From: Trueperaceae bacterium
GTDB lineage: Bacteria > Deinococcota > Deinococci > Deinococcales > Trueperaceae
Assembly: GCA_034520945.1 (NCBI GenBank)
Contig: JAXHNB010000006.1
Coordinates: forward strand, 416,001-480,000
Reading direction: 5' to 3'
Length of the DNA: 64,000 nt
Shown: piece after piece, positions 27,999 to 38,391 of the stretch
How positions within the stretch are numbered: position 1 is the stretch's first letter
Layout: every line of letters begins with the position of its first letter
Program-made: the position numbers and the translations under genes
The notes under the pieces: model-generated
Databases searched by the model: none
Seen by the model: only the letters and a program-made list of their open reading frames with translations
Told to the model about the DNA's origin: nothing

Positions 27999-30905
27999 TC
28001 AGCACAACGTCCAGATGAAGATCGTGCGGGTCGCGCTGGACGGGTTGCCGTCCGTGTCGGTGGCGGTCAGCCGCACTAGGTGTTCGACGCCGGTACAGGT
28101 GTCCGAGTACAGGCGGGCGGTGATCGACCCGCCGGCGCCCAGGTCGACGTCCTGAAGGTCGGAGCGGTCGGTGGTCCAGCGGAGCGCGCCGCCCGTCAGA
28201 TCGCCGTCTTCGGGGTCGGTCGCCTCGCCCGCGAGGGCCACGTCCGTGTACCACTGGCCGCGTTCCTCGTCGAAGCCGTCGTATTGGTAGTCGAGGTCGT
28301 TTGGACCGTCCGACTCCTCGGCCGGTTCGGTGATCTTTACCTCCGGCGCGGCCCCGATCGGCTCCGTGCTGCACGCCGGCTCCCAGTAGACGTCGCCGCC
28401 CAGGGTCGGGGTGATGGTGTCCAGCGCGCTGGCGAGGGGCTGGCCGCTCGTGTCCTCCGCGAAGGCGCGCACGTCGTACGCCGGGCCGGCCTGCACGGTG
28501 TAGACCCGGTCGGGCTCGCTGCTGGTGTGCGTGCGGGTCCCGAGCGTGGCGGTCTCGCCCGATTCGCGAAGGGTGGTCCGTACCGAGACGGCCCCCTCGG
28601 CCTCGTCGAGGCAGCGCGTGGCGCGGACGTGGATGTCGCTTGAGTCGATGAGACCCGGCAAGGCGTCCGCGCCGTAGTGGGCGTCGTCGAAGCGGCTCTG
28701 CAGCACCTCCAGGTCGGTCATGTTCGCACCGTACTGCCCCGGCACCAGGGCGGTCGCGCCGCGGGACAGATCTCCGTCGCCGTTGAAGTCGCCCAGGGGG
28801 TAGAGGTTCTCGTCGCCGGGACCGTCCACCTCGCCGTCGAGGTTGACGTCCTTCTTGGGATGATCGGCCGAGCCGTCGAGGTCCAGCCCGGGGTCGTCCT
28901 CGACCTGTAGGAGCAGGTCCCGCCAGCGTCGGAAGTCGGGCATGCTCACGTTGCCGTCGCCGACGCCGCCATCGCCGTCGGCGTCCGTGCCCGTGAAGTC
29001 GTCACTGGTGCCGAACGCGATGCGCATGTTGCCGTCCGCGGTCCCGTCATCGATGTCCAGCAGCTGGTCGACGACGTCGGGGAAGCCTCGGTACGCGTCC
29101 AGCTCGAGGGCCGCGGCGAAGGCGTCGATGCGATCGCTGGCGCCTCCCGCCACGGGAAGGGCGCTGTCCTGCAGGATGTCGCGGAGCGCGTTGGCGCTCA
29201 GGTCGGGGCGCGGCAGGCCGGGGTCGAGGCTGTACAGGTAGCTCACCAGCCCCGTCACGTGCGGTGCGGCCATCGAGGTGCCGCTCTTGTCGTCGTAGCC
29301 GTCGGACAGTACGGTCGACACGATGTCGCTGCCGGGCGCCGAGATGTGCCCGTTCACGTTGGAGAAGCCCGAGCGGGTCGCGCCCCCGGGGCTGGCGGGC
29401 GCATCCGCGAGGGACTCGACCACGATGATGTTGGCGATGCCGTGTTCGAGGGCGGCATTGGCGAAGGGACTGCTGTACCTGGCCTCCTGCGTGGGGCCGG
29501 TGCCGGGAGGCAGGCTGGGGTGGCCGGAGTCGTTGCCGGCGGCCGCGACCACCACGGGCAGCTCGCCCCCCGTCGCGACGCGGATCAGCTCGGCCAAGCC
29601 GAACAAGGCGCCGTGCCGGTTGGCGATGCGTTGGGCCGCCGTGTTGGTGTCGGCATCGATGCCGGCGTTGGGGGCCCAGTTGTACCCCAGGCTGATGTTG
29701 ACCACCCGGACCTCGGGGTGGTCGGCGAGAAGGTTCCCGAAACTGGTGATCATCACCTGGCCGGCGCTCCGGAACCAGTTGCCGCCGCTGCTGATGGCGC
29801 CGACGGCCCGCACGTGCAGCTCCGCGAAGGGCGTGACGCCGTCCACCCCTTCGCCGTCGTCGAAGTCCGCGCCGATCGTGCCCGTGACGTGGGTGCCGTG
29901 CGAGCGGGCGGTCGAGGAGGCGATGCTCTCGTAGGCGAGGTCGTCGTGGCTGGCGGCGAAGCCCGTATCCAGCACGCCGGTGGGGGTGGTCGCGCCGTTC
30001 TTCTCCACCGCGCCGTTCAGGTTCCATGTCTGGGGCGCGCGGATGCGTTCCAGCCCCCAATTGCCACCGTTCGGGGTGGCGTCCCACGTCCAGGTGGAGG
30101 GGATCCCCCCGTTGGGGCCGGGGATCATCTGCGTCTCGATGCCGTCCTCGTTCGGGACGGATTCGGGCAGAAGCACGTCCTGCACCACGATGTCGACGTG
30201 CGCGTTCGCGTCGAGCGACGCGATCATCGTGATCAGCTCTTCGTGCGTGTCGGTGGGGACGCGCAGCACCAGGATCCCAGACGCCTCGCCGGTGACGCCG
30301 GGCACGCCGCCGACGATCTCGGCGTCGATGTCGGCCAGCACCGCGTTCGCCTCCGCGACGGTCGTGTCCAGCGTGAAGGCCAGCAGAAGCGTGTCGTGCG
30401 ACACCAGCATGCCGCCGAGTTCCGGGTGGTCGTCGCTGTAGTCTTCGATGCTCGGTTCGAAGTCGATCTGGGGGATGGCTTCGGTGGCCGGATCGTCCGG
30501 ATCGCCCGCCAGTTCGTCGGCGGCTTGGGGCCCGACGGTCACCTGCTCGGCGCCGTCCACCCCGTCGCTGGAGGCGATGAGTGTGACGTCGCCCGTCGTG
30601 CCCGACACGGTCGCGGCCACGGTGCCGGTGCCGCTGACGAGTTCGACGCTGGGCGGCGAGATCGTCCCGTCCGAAACGGTGAGGTCGACCGTACCGCTGA
30701 AGGCCGTGAACGGCGTGGTTCCGCTGCTGCCGACCGCCTTGACGGTGAGGCCGAACGACTGCTCGCCCTGCACGGTCGCCGGCAACGTCAGGCGAAACGA
30801 CGCGAGGCTCTCGCCGTTCTGCCCTCCGTTGCACGCCACCGTCGTCAGGGCGAGGACGAGAAAGCCTGAGATCCACGCAAAGGGTGTTGTGCCGTACCTA
30901 TTCAC
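27999..30905 (-). CDS. S8 subtilisin-like serine protease, lipoprotein, multidomain
   Basis: LDTG, HGTHVTG, AAAGND, GTSMAAPHV; lipobox TVAC; DxNxDG Ca-binding-like motifs. Confidence 0.9.
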   Translation of the reverse strand: MNRYGTTPFAWISGFLVLALTTVACNGGQNGESLASFRLTLPATVQGEQSFGLTVKAVGSSGTTPFTAFSGTVDLTVSDGTISPPSVELVSGTGTVAATVSGTTGDVTLIASSDGVDGAEQVTVGPQAADELAGDPDDPATEAIPQIDFEPSIEDYSDDHPELGGMLVSHDTLLLAFTLDTTVAEANAVLADIDAEIVGGVPGVTGEASGILVLRVPTDTHEELITMIASLDANAHVDIVVQDVLLPESVPNEDGIETQMIPGPNGGIPSTWTWDATPNGGNWGLERIRAPQTWNLNGAVEKNGATTPTGVLDTGFAASHDDLAYESIASSTARSHGTHVTGTIGADFDDGEGVDGVTPFAELHVRAVGAISSGGNWFRSAGQVMITSFGNLLADHPEVRVVNISLGYNWAPNAGIDADTNTAAQRIANRHGALFGLAELIRVATGGELPVVVAAAGNDSGHPSLPPGTGPTQEARYSSPFANAALEHGIANIIVVESLADAPASPGGATRSGFSNVNGHISAPGSDIVSTVLSDGYDDKSGTSMAAPHVTGLVSYLYSLDPGLPRPDLSANALRDILQDSALPVAGGASDRIDAFAAALELDAYRGFPDVVDQLLDIDDGTADGNMRIAFGTSDDFTGTDADGDGGVGDGNVSMPDFRRWRDLLLQVEDDPGLDLDGSADHPKKDVNLDGEVDGPGDENLYPLGDFNGDGDLSRGATALVPGQYGANMTDLEVLQSRFDDAHYGADALPGLIDSSDIHVRATRCLDEAEGAVSVRTTLRESGETATLGTRTHTSSEPDRVYTVQAGPAYDVRAFAEDTSGQPLASALDTITPTLGGDVYWEPACSTEPIGAAPEVKITEPAEESDGPNDLDYQYDGFDEERGQWYTDVALAGEATDPEDGDLTGGALRWTTDRSDLQDVDLGAGGSITARLYSDTCTGVEHLVRLTATDTDGNPSSATRTIFIWTLC

Positions 30906-31218
30906 GGGTCGAACCTCCAAGGGGCGAAGCCAGAACGCGTCGAGGACACCGTGCGTGAAGCTGCACCTCCTCTCCATCTCCGGGCCGGACGCGGGCGAGA
31001 CGTGCGGCGCGCATTGGCGCATGCATAGGGCGCCCCTCCCGTACGAGCCGGCATGCTCGAGAATAGGCGTCGTCACCCCCGCGCGCAAGCTTCGAGCACG
31101 CCGCCCGCGCCCGAACACGCACGGTCGCTCAGCCCGTGATAGAACCTCCCGTCGGCCCGGAGTCGTGGACCGCTGGCCCGCGACCCTCCGGGCGCCGACC
31201 CGAACCGAGGAGGGACGC

Positions 31219-32190
31219 ATGGATCCGGACCGTCGCGACGCAGCGCAGAAGAGGCCATGGGCGCACGCGCGGCTGGGCGCGCACGGGGTGCATCAGGCAC
31301 GCCGGGCGCGCCGTGGCGCCGCGAACCTGATCCGCCACGAAGCCGTCAACGCCGCCTTGTTGACGCTCGGGGCGATGTTGGCGGCGGTCGGCTTCAACCT
31401 GTTCCTGGTCCCGGGCGACCTGGCGCCGGGCGGCGTGAGTGGACTCACCCTGGTGGTCAAGCAGCTGGTCGCGCTCCCCGTGCCCAACGGCGTGCTGATG
31501 ATGATCCTGAACGTGCCGTTGCTGTACCTCGGCTACCGAACCCTCGGCGGCACGACCTTCGTGGTGCGGACCGTGTACGTCGTGGTGGTGATGACGGTCT
31601 CGATCGACGTGACGGCGCCGATGCTTCCCGCCGGCGGCATCACCGAGGACGGGCTCCTCAACGCCCTGTACGGGGGTGGGCTCATGGGGGCAGCCAACGC
31701 GATGATCATCCGCGCGTTCGGCAACATGGGCGGGACCGGCATCGTGGCGCGCCTCATCCAACGTTTCAACGGCGTGCCGATCGGACAGATCTACCTCCTC
31801 AGCGACGGGGCGATCGTGGTCCTGCTGGGGGCGGTGTTCGGCTGGGAGCACGCCCTGTACTCCATGGTGGCGGTGTTCGTGGCCGGCATGGTGACCGACT
31901 ACGGCATCGAAGGGCCCTCGATCGTACGGACGGTGTTCATCGTCACCGACCACCCCAACGAGGTGGCCGAGGCGTTGCAGGTTCGGCTGCGCACCGGCGT
32001 GACCTCCTGGGAAGGCAAGGGCATGTACCGCGGCGGGCAGCGGACCGTGCTGTTCTGCACCGTCAACCGTGCCGAAGTCCGCGAGCTGGGCCGCATCGTG
32101 CGGGAGGCGGATCACCACGGGTTCATGGTGATCGGGCAGGGCCAACGCGCCTCCGGCGGCACCATCGGCCAGAGCGATGCGCCTGGGTGA
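31219..32190 (+). CDS. YitT family membrane protein
   Basis: LAPGGVSG, LNVPLL, GGT, GVT.W.GKGMY. Confidence 0.9.
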   Translation: MDPDRRDAAQKRPWAHARLGAHGVHQARRARRGAANLIRHEAVNAALLTLGAMLAAVGFNLFLVPGDLAPGGVSGLTLVVKQLVALPVPNGVLMMILNVPLLYLGYRTLGGTTFVVRTVYVVVVMTVSIDVTAPMLPAGGITEDGLLNALYGGGLMGAANAMIIRAFGNMGGTGIVARLIQRFNGVPIGQIYLLSDGAIVVLLGAVFGWEHALYSMVAVFVAGMVTDYGIEGPSIVRTVFIVTDHPNEVAEALQVRLRTGVTSWEGKGMYRGGQRTVLFCTVNRAEVRELGRIVREADHHGFMVIGQGQRASGGTIGQSDAPG

Positions 32191-32312
32191 GGGGGCGTCG
32201 CGCGATCATGAGGCGCACGCACGTAGAATGAGGTCGAGGCGTACGCACGCATCGTCACGCTGGGGCCGTCCGTCGCGCAGCGACACGGGCGCCCCGAATC
32301 GGAGGGAGACAC

Positions 32313-32690
32313 ATGCGCGATGCACCATCCCTACCCCAGTCGGTCGCCACGTGGATCGTGGTACTGGTCCTCGTCACGGCCGGCATCCACTTCTACCGGG
32401 CGCTCGTGAACGACATGACGGTGCTGATCTTGTTCACCCTGAACGCGATCGGCTACCTGGTGCTCCTGGCCGGCATGTTCAGGGCCCCGACCCAACGCAC
32501 CCGGCGCCTCGCCCGGCGCGTCTTGATCGGCTACACCGCGGTGACCGCGATCCTCTACGTGGCGTACGGGCTCGCCGGGGGCGGCTGGAAGTTGCCCTGG
32601 GGGCCGACCAAGGAGATCGCCGAGATCGCGCTGCTGGTGCTGCTGTTCCGGGTCGAGAGGGCCGAGCGCACGGAGGTCGCTCAGGCCTGA
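32313..32690 (+). CDS. Small 4-TM hypothetical protein
   Basis: GGAGG RBS; hydrophobic helices. Confidence 0.7.
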   Translation: MRDAPSLPQSVATWIVVLVLVTAGIHFYRALVNDMTVLILFTLNAIGYLVLLAGMFRAPTQRTRRLARRVLIGYTAVTAILYVAYGLAGGGWKLPWGPTKEIAEIALLVLLFRVERAERTEVAQA

Positions 32691-32765
32691 TCGGTCGTTC
32701 GAGCACCAGCGGCCTCGCCGCCGCCCCCGTTCCCCGATAGGTTCGAACCGCGCACCAGCGTGTCG

Positions 32766-33464
32766 TCAGGAAGAGGCGTCCATGCTGCCGTCGTGGGCGT
32801 CGACACGGAGGCCCTCCAGGAAGTGCGTGACGATGCGTCCGGCGTCGTCCAGTGCGCGCGCCGCGTCCTCGGCGTGCGCGACCTCCATGCATGCTTCGTG
32901 AAGGGCGCCCGACAACATCGTCGCCAGCAACGGAAGCGGCAATCGACGTATCAACCCGCGATTCATCGCGCGGCGCAGGTCCGCACGGAGCAGCAACGTG
33001 CCGTGCTCCTGCTCGACGCGATGCCACTGCTCCCAGCTCAAGACGGATCTCGGGTCCAGCAGGGCGATGCGTTGCACACGCGGGTCGGTTTGCAGCTCGA
33101 TGAACAGTCGGCAACGTGCGATCAACTCCTGCCAAACCTCGTCGTCGGTCTGCTGGTGCAGCAGCTTGATGCCCTTCTGCCCCAACGTTCGCGCCTGCGA
33201 TCCGGTGAAGGCGTCGTGGGAGGTGTGCACGATGAACGCGGCCCGTCCGAGGTTGCGCTTGACCCGCTCGTAGACCCGCAAGAAGATCTCGTCCTTGCCG
33301 CCGAAGTGATGGTAGAAGGCGCCCTTCGTCACCCCGGCGGTGCGGACGATCGCCTGTAGGGACGTCCCCGCGTAGCCGAATTCCCCGAACAATCTCTGCG
33401 CAGCCGTCAGGAGTGCTTCGCGGGTGGCCTCGCCTTGCTCCACGCGCTTCGATTTGACCGTCAC
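32766..33464 (-). CDS. TetR family regulator
   Basis: TREALLTAAQRLF...GVTKGAFYHHF.GK. Confidence 0.9.
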   Translation of the reverse strand: MTVKSKRVEQGEATREALLTAAQRLFGEFGYAGTSLQAIVRTAGVTKGAFYHHFGGKDEIFLRVYERVKRNLGRAAFIVHTSHDAFTGSQARTLGQKGIKLLHQQTDDEVWQELIARCRLFIELQTDPRVQRIALLDPRSVLSWEQWHRVEQEHGTLLLRADLRRAMNRGLIRRLPLPLLATMLSGALHEACMEVAHAEDAARALDDAGRIVTHFLEGLRVDAHDGSMDASS

Positions 33465-33503
33465 TGCGTCAACGTCTCCATCAGGACGAACGGTACCTGA
33501 TCC

Positions 33504-33549
33504 TTGACAGAGCATACCAGCGGTACGTAACATACATACCAGCGGTATG
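33504..33549 (+). promoter_or_regulatory. Promoter with tandem TetR-type operators
   Basis: TTGACA 33504, TAACAT 33528; CATACCAGCGGTA(C/T)G at 33513 and 33535. Confidence 0.75.
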
Positions 33550-33573
33550 GACCGTTGGAAGGGAGCGTCGAGC

Positions 33574-33840
33574 ATGCCCAAGTACGTCATCGAACGTGAG
33601 GTCGAAGGGGTCGGGCGCCTGTCCCCTGCCGAGCTCCGGCAGGCCGCGAGGGAGTCGGACACGGTCATCCGGGAACTCGGCATTCAATGGATCACCAGCT
33701 ATGTCACCGACGACAAGCTCTACTGCGTCTACGTGGCGGAGAGCGAGGAGGTGATCCGTGAACACGCCCGGTGCGTCGACGTCCCCGCGAACCGTGTGTC
33801 CAGAGTGGTGACGAACATCGATGCGGTGACGGCCGAGTAG
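33574..33840 (+). CDS. DUF4242 family small protein
   Basis: MPKYVIERE...IQWITSYVTDDKLYCVYVA...IREHA...PANRV. Confidence 0.82.
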   Translation: MPKYVIEREVEGVGRLSPAELRQAARESDTVIRELGIQWITSYVTDDKLYCVYVAESEEVIREHARCVDVPANRVSRVVTNIDAVTAE

Positions 33841-34036
33841 CCGAAGGACGACGCAGGGCGCTTCGCTCCGTTCTCGGAGGCCGACGTACGGGCGATCTTC
33901 GGTGCACGGTGCACGGCGGGCACCATCGAACCGTCTCGGGTCGCTACGGCGCACGAATGTCGTTTCGAGCCGGCGGCGCACCCGCGCGCGGACGCGCCCC
34001 GCCGCCTCCCGTCCATCGCGACGTACAATGGTCGGA

Positions 34037-36526
34037 ATGCAGAGTTCCACGGGGCGGGGGTACTACGCTGGAAAAACGATCCTTCTGACCGGCGCGACGG
34101 GGCTGGTGGGGAAGGCGCTGATCGAAGCCATCCTGCGAAAGCTGCCGGAGGTCGGGCGTGTCTACGTCCTGATTCGCGCACGAACCGACGCGGCGGGGCG
34201 CACCGTCTCCGTCGCGCGGCGGTTTCGCGAGGAGGTCCTGGCCTCCTCGGCCTTCGACGAGCTCCGCGCCCAGCACGGCGAGGGGTTCGAAGCGTTCGTG
34301 CACGACAAGGTCGAAGCCGTCGGCGGCGAGTTGTCGCGCGAACGGCTCGGCCTGGCCCCCGAGCTCTACCGGCGTTTGCAGGAGGAGGTCGACGTCGTCA
34401 TCGGCAACGGTGCGTTGGCCGTGTTCGACGCGCCGCTGGACCAGGCCGTCCACACCAACGCGCTGGGGCCGCAGCGGATCCTGGACTTCGCCCGCGGCGC
34501 GGCCAAGCGGCCGTTCGTGGCGCACGTGTCGACCTGCTACGTCAGCAACGTGGCGGGACCGGTGTTCGAGGCGCCTCTGCCGCCCGACTGGACGCCGGCC
34601 GGTCCGGACGCCGCCGACCCCTACGACGTCGACCGGGAGCTCGAACGGCTGCTGGCGCACGTCGGCCACGTTCGTAGCGGCGACCCCAGTGAAACCACGT
34701 CGCCGTGGTGGCAGGACCTCCTGACGCGCATCGGCGGGGACGGCCGCCCCGCGGGAAACGGCAGTGCCGGCCGGGCGGTCGACCCTGGCGAGCGGGCGGT
34801 GACGCAGCGGCTGGTGAACGACGGCCTTCGCTGGGCCCGCCGGCGCGGTTGGCGCGACACCTACACCTTCACCAAGGCGATGGGCGAACAGCTGTTCGCC
34901 CGCCACGGCGGCGACGTGCCCGGCCTGATCCTGCGTCCCTCGGTGATCGAGAGTGCGCTGGCGACGCCGACGCCCGGCTGGATCGACGGCTACCGGATGC
35001 TGGACCCGTTGATCGTCGGCTTCGCCCGCCGGCAGTTGACCGAGTTTCCGGGCAACCCCGAAGCCGTGTTGGACGTCGTGCCGGTGGACGTGGTGGTGAA
35101 CGCGCTGCTGATGGCCATCCCCTACACGCATGGGGGCGAGGGGCCCGACGTGTACCAGGTCGCGTCCGGCACCGAGAACCCGCTGCTGGTCAAGGAGTTC
35201 CGCGACTACGTCCGCGAGCACTACCAACGCGCGCCGCTCCGCCGCGCACGCGCGGGCCAGGACGACGACCTTCCCGAGTTGGCGTTCCCCGCGGTGGGTC
35301 GCTTCCTGCGCGGCCTCGAGTACGGCTACCTGCTTCCGGTGCGAGCGCTGGAGGCCGCGTACCGCCCGTTGGCGTTCACGAACTGGGGCCGCAAGCGGCG
35401 CGCCACCCTGAGCGCGCGACGGGCCCGGCTGACGTGGCTCCGCGACATGGCGGAGATCTACGGTCCCTACGGGGAGAGCCGCGCGCGCTTCCTGACGTAC
35501 AACGTGCGCCGGGCGTGGCGGGCGTTGCCCGCGGCGGAGCGCGCGGCGTTCCCGTTCGACGTGCGGGCGTTGGACTGGAAGCGCTACGTGCAGGAGGTGC
35601 ACCTGCCGGGCGTGGAGCGCTACCTGTTGGGGTTGCGGGGACGCCGTGCCGCGCCGGTCGCGCTGAGCGACGACGACGCGGCGGCCGGGGGGTGCCCCGC
35701 ATCGGTCGCAGCCGACGCCGGAACGCACGGAGAGGAGTTGGAGCCCGAGGTGCCCCGCGGCGCGCGCTCGAACTGGCGGCGGGCCGAACAGGTCCTCACC
35801 CTCACCCGCGCGACCTCCGCGGCGGAGGCGACCACCTGGACCACGCCGACGTATAAGCGGCTCATCCGCTGGGCCAGCATTCACGCCATCCACCTGGTCG
35901 CGCGCCTGCGCCTGGAGCTGGCGTGGGACGGCCGCGAGCACGTGCCCGAACGCGGCCCCTTCATCGTGGTGTCCAACCACACCAGCCACGTCGACACCGG
36001 CGTGCTGTTGGCCGCACTGGGGCCGCACGCGTCGCACACCTACCCGACCGCCGCGGCGGACTACTGGTTCAGCCGGCCTGCCGTGGCTTGGCTGCTGCAC
36101 GCCACGCTGGGCGGCATTCCCTTCGACCGGCACCGCCCCAACGTGGCACGCGCCCTGGCGCTTCCCGCGCAGGTGCTTCGCAACGGCCACTCGCTGATCT
36201 TCTACCCCGAAGGGACGCGCAGCCCGGATGGAACACTCCAGCCCTTCCGCAGCACCGTCGGCCTGCTGGCGCTCGCGTCGGCCGCACCGATCGTGCCCGC
36301 CTACGTTACCGGGGCCGCGCAGGCGCTCCCCAAAGGACACGCGGTGATCGCCCATCATCCCGTCCACGTCCGGTTCGGCCCGCCCACCCCGATCGAGGCG
36401 TACCTGGCGCGGCTGGACTACGAGAGCGTCTCCAGCGTGTCCCGGCGCTTGGCGCAGGACACGCACGCCGCCGTGGCGCGGCTGGCGCCCCCAGGCGCCC
36501 TACCGGCCGGGGAGGCACGGCCATGA
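34037..36526 (+). CDS. Fatty acyl-CoA reductase fused to a PlsC/LPLAT-type acyltransferase
   Basis: TGATGLVG, HVSTCYV, YTFTKAMGE, RPSVIES, DVVPVD, sterile-like FDVRALDW; C-terminal NHTSHVD and FYPEGTRS; leaderless (TACAAT at 34024). Confidence 0.9.
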   Translation: MQSSTGRGYYAGKTILLTGATGLVGKALIEAILRKLPEVGRVYVLIRARTDAAGRTVSVARRFREEVLASSAFDELRAQHGEGFEAFVHDKVEAVGGELSRERLGLAPELYRRLQEEVDVVIGNGALAVFDAPLDQAVHTNALGPQRILDFARGAAKRPFVAHVSTCYVSNVAGPVFEAPLPPDWTPAGPDAADPYDVDRELERLLAHVGHVRSGDPSETTSPWWQDLLTRIGGDGRPAGNGSAGRAVDPGERAVTQRLVNDGLRWARRRGWRDTYTFTKAMGEQLFARHGGDVPGLILRPSVIESALATPTPGWIDGYRMLDPLIVGFARRQLTEFPGNPEAVLDVVPVDVVVNALLMAIPYTHGGEGPDVYQVASGTENPLLVKEFRDYVREHYQRAPLRRARAGQDDDLPELAFPAVGRFLRGLEYGYLLPVRALEAAYRPLAFTNWGRKRRATLSARRARLTWLRDMAEIYGPYGESRARFLTYNVRRAWRALPAAERAAFPFDVRALDWKRYVQEVHLPGVERYLLGLRGRRAAPVALSDDDAAAGGCPASVAADAGTHGEELEPEVPRGARSNWRRAEQVLTLTRATSAAEATTWTTPTYKRLIRWASIHAIHLVARLRLELAWDGREHVPERGPFIVVSNHTSHVDTGVLLAALGPHASHTYPTAAADYWFSRPAVAWLLHATLGGIPFDRHRPNVARALALPAQVLRNGHSLIFYPEGTRSPDGTLQPFRSTVGLLALASAAPIVPAYVTGAAQALPKGHAVIAHHPVHVRFGPPTPIEAYLARLDYESVSSVSRRLAQDTHAAVARLAPPGALPAGEARP

Positions 36527-38391
36527 CGAGACACGACGGGCAGCACCGCGCACGCGGCCGGCGGCGTGCCGCGGCGGAACGCCCCTACGACCCTGCGCCC
36601 GGCCAGCGCGACCCGCACCTGTGGGGCTACCTGGACACGCGCTTCGAGTTCGTCGACGCCCGCACCGTGCGCCTGACCGGCGACCGCTACCCGCTGGCGG
36701 GCATGCCGCTGCCGCACTTCATGCCGTTCGTGGAGGAGCTGCTGGGCGTCCCGGTCGGGCCGGACCACCTTCAGGAGCCCGTCCCGCCGCCCGCGTTGCC
36801 GGCGCCGGTTCGGCACGAGGCCTTCCTGGCGGACCTCCGTGACGCCCTGCCCGAAGACCGGCTGGACGATGGCGAGGAGGCGCGGTTGGTGCACAGCCAC
36901 GGCCAGCTCAGCGTCGAGGAGATCTACCGTCTGCTGGGCGGCAACATTCCGGAGCGGATCGTCGACCTGGTGGTGCACCCCCGCGACGAGGACGAGGTGC
37001 AGACCCTGGTGCGCCTGGCCCATGAACACGGCGTGGTGCTCATCCCCTACGGCGGCGGCACCAACGTCTCGGGCGCGCTGACCTGCCCGCCGCACGAGAC
37101 GCGCATGATCGTGTCGGTGGACATGCGTCGCATGGACCGCATCCTGGAGATCGACCGGGCCAACGGCTGGGCCGTCGTCGAGGCCGGCATCACCGGCAAG
37201 GAACTCGAGACCCGCCTGGAGGCGGAAGGACTGACGACTGGACACGTGCCCGACAGCATCGAACTGTCCACGCTGGGCGGGTGGATCGCCACCCACGCCA
37301 GCGGCATGAAGAGGAACCGCTACGGCAACATCGAGGAGGTCGTCCTGGACGCCGTCCTCGTCACCCCCCGCGGGGTGGTCCGCGCCGTCCCGGTCGTGCC
37401 GCGCAGCGCCACCGGCATCCAGCCGCAGCGGCTGGCGTTCGGGAGCGAGGGCGGCCTCGGCATCGTCACCCGCGCCGTGCTGCAGGTGTGGCCGCTGCCC
37501 CCCGTGCGCCGGTACGCCTCGTTCGTATTCCCGGACTTCCAGGCCGGCGTGCGCTACCTGCGGGCCGTGCAGGCCGCCGGCGTGCGTCCGGCCAGCATCC
37601 GCCTGACCAACAACACCGAGTTCCGCCTGGGCCAGGCGCTGGGCCCCGCGCGTCACGGCACCAGCGCGTGGGTGTCGAAGGCGAAGCGGTGGTACGTCAC
37701 GCGCGTGAAGGGGTTCGACCCGCAGCGCATGGTGGCCTGCACGGTCGTGATGGAGGGCACCGCGGCCGAAGTCCGACAGCAGACGCGGGGCCTGTTCGGG
37801 CTGCTGAAGGATCATGGCGGCCTCTCGGGCGGCGCCGAGAACGGCAGGCGCGGCTACGCCGTCACGTTCGCGATCGCGTACATTCGCGACTTCCTGAACA
37901 AGCTGGGCATTCTGGGCGAAACGTTCGAGACATCGGCCCCGTGGAGCCGCATCCACGACATCACCAGCAGCGTCCAAGCCGAGCTGCACCGCCTCTGCGC
38001 CGAACGCGGCGTGCCCGGCCGGCCCTACCTGTCGTACCGGGTCTCACAGAGCTACCGGACCGGCGTGTGCATCTACTTCACGATGGGGTTCTGCGCGCGC
38101 GGCCTGAACGAACCCGAGGCCACCTTCCAGGAGATCGAGCACCGCCTGCGCGAGGTCGTCCTCGAGCAAGGCGGGTCGCTGTCCCACCACCACGGCGTCG
38201 GCAAGGTCCGCCAGGACTTCGTCCCCCGCGTCCACTCCGGCGCATCGATCCGCGCCGCCCAAGGACTGAAGCGTTCCCTGGACCCCAACGACGTGTTCGG
38301 CGCCGCCAACCACCTCTTCGGTGCGCACCTTGCCGAGACCGACGCGGTGGCACCCCAGCGCGAGGAGGGCCGCGCGGAGGGGACGCCTTGA
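36523..38391 (+). CDS. Alkyl-dihydroxyacetonephosphate synthase (AGPS)-like FAD enzyme
   Basis: PYGGGTNV, GHVPDSIELSTLGGWIATHASGMK.N.YGNIE, GSEGGLG, IAYIRD, ETFETSAPW, CIYF, SLSHHHGVGK. Confidence 0.9.
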   Translation: MTRHDGQHRARGRRRAAAERPYDPAPGQRDPHLWGYLDTRFEFVDARTVRLTGDRYPLAGMPLPHFMPFVEELLGVPVGPDHLQEPVPPPALPAPVRHEAFLADLRDALPEDRLDDGEEARLVHSHGQLSVEEIYRLLGGNIPERIVDLVVHPRDEDEVQTLVRLAHEHGVVLIPYGGGTNVSGALTCPPHETRMIVSVDMRRMDRILEIDRANGWAVVEAGITGKELETRLEAEGLTTGHVPDSIELSTLGGWIATHASGMKRNRYGNIEEVVLDAVLVTPRGVVRAVPVVPRSATGIQPQRLAFGSEGGLGIVTRAVLQVWPLPPVRRYASFVFPDFQAGVRYLRAVQAAGVRPASIRLTNNTEFRLGQALGPARHGTSAWVSKAKRWYVTRVKGFDPQRMVACTVVMEGTAAEVRQQTRGLFGLLKDHGGLSGGAENGRRGYAVTFAIAYIRDFLNKLGILGETFETSAPWSRIHDITSSVQAELHRLCAERGVPGRPYLSYRVSQSYRTGVCIYFTMGFCARGLNEPEATFQEIEHRLREVVLEQGGSLSHHHGVGKVRQDFVPRVHSGASIRAAQGLKRSLDPNDVFGAANHLFGAHLAETDAVAPQREEGRAEGTP

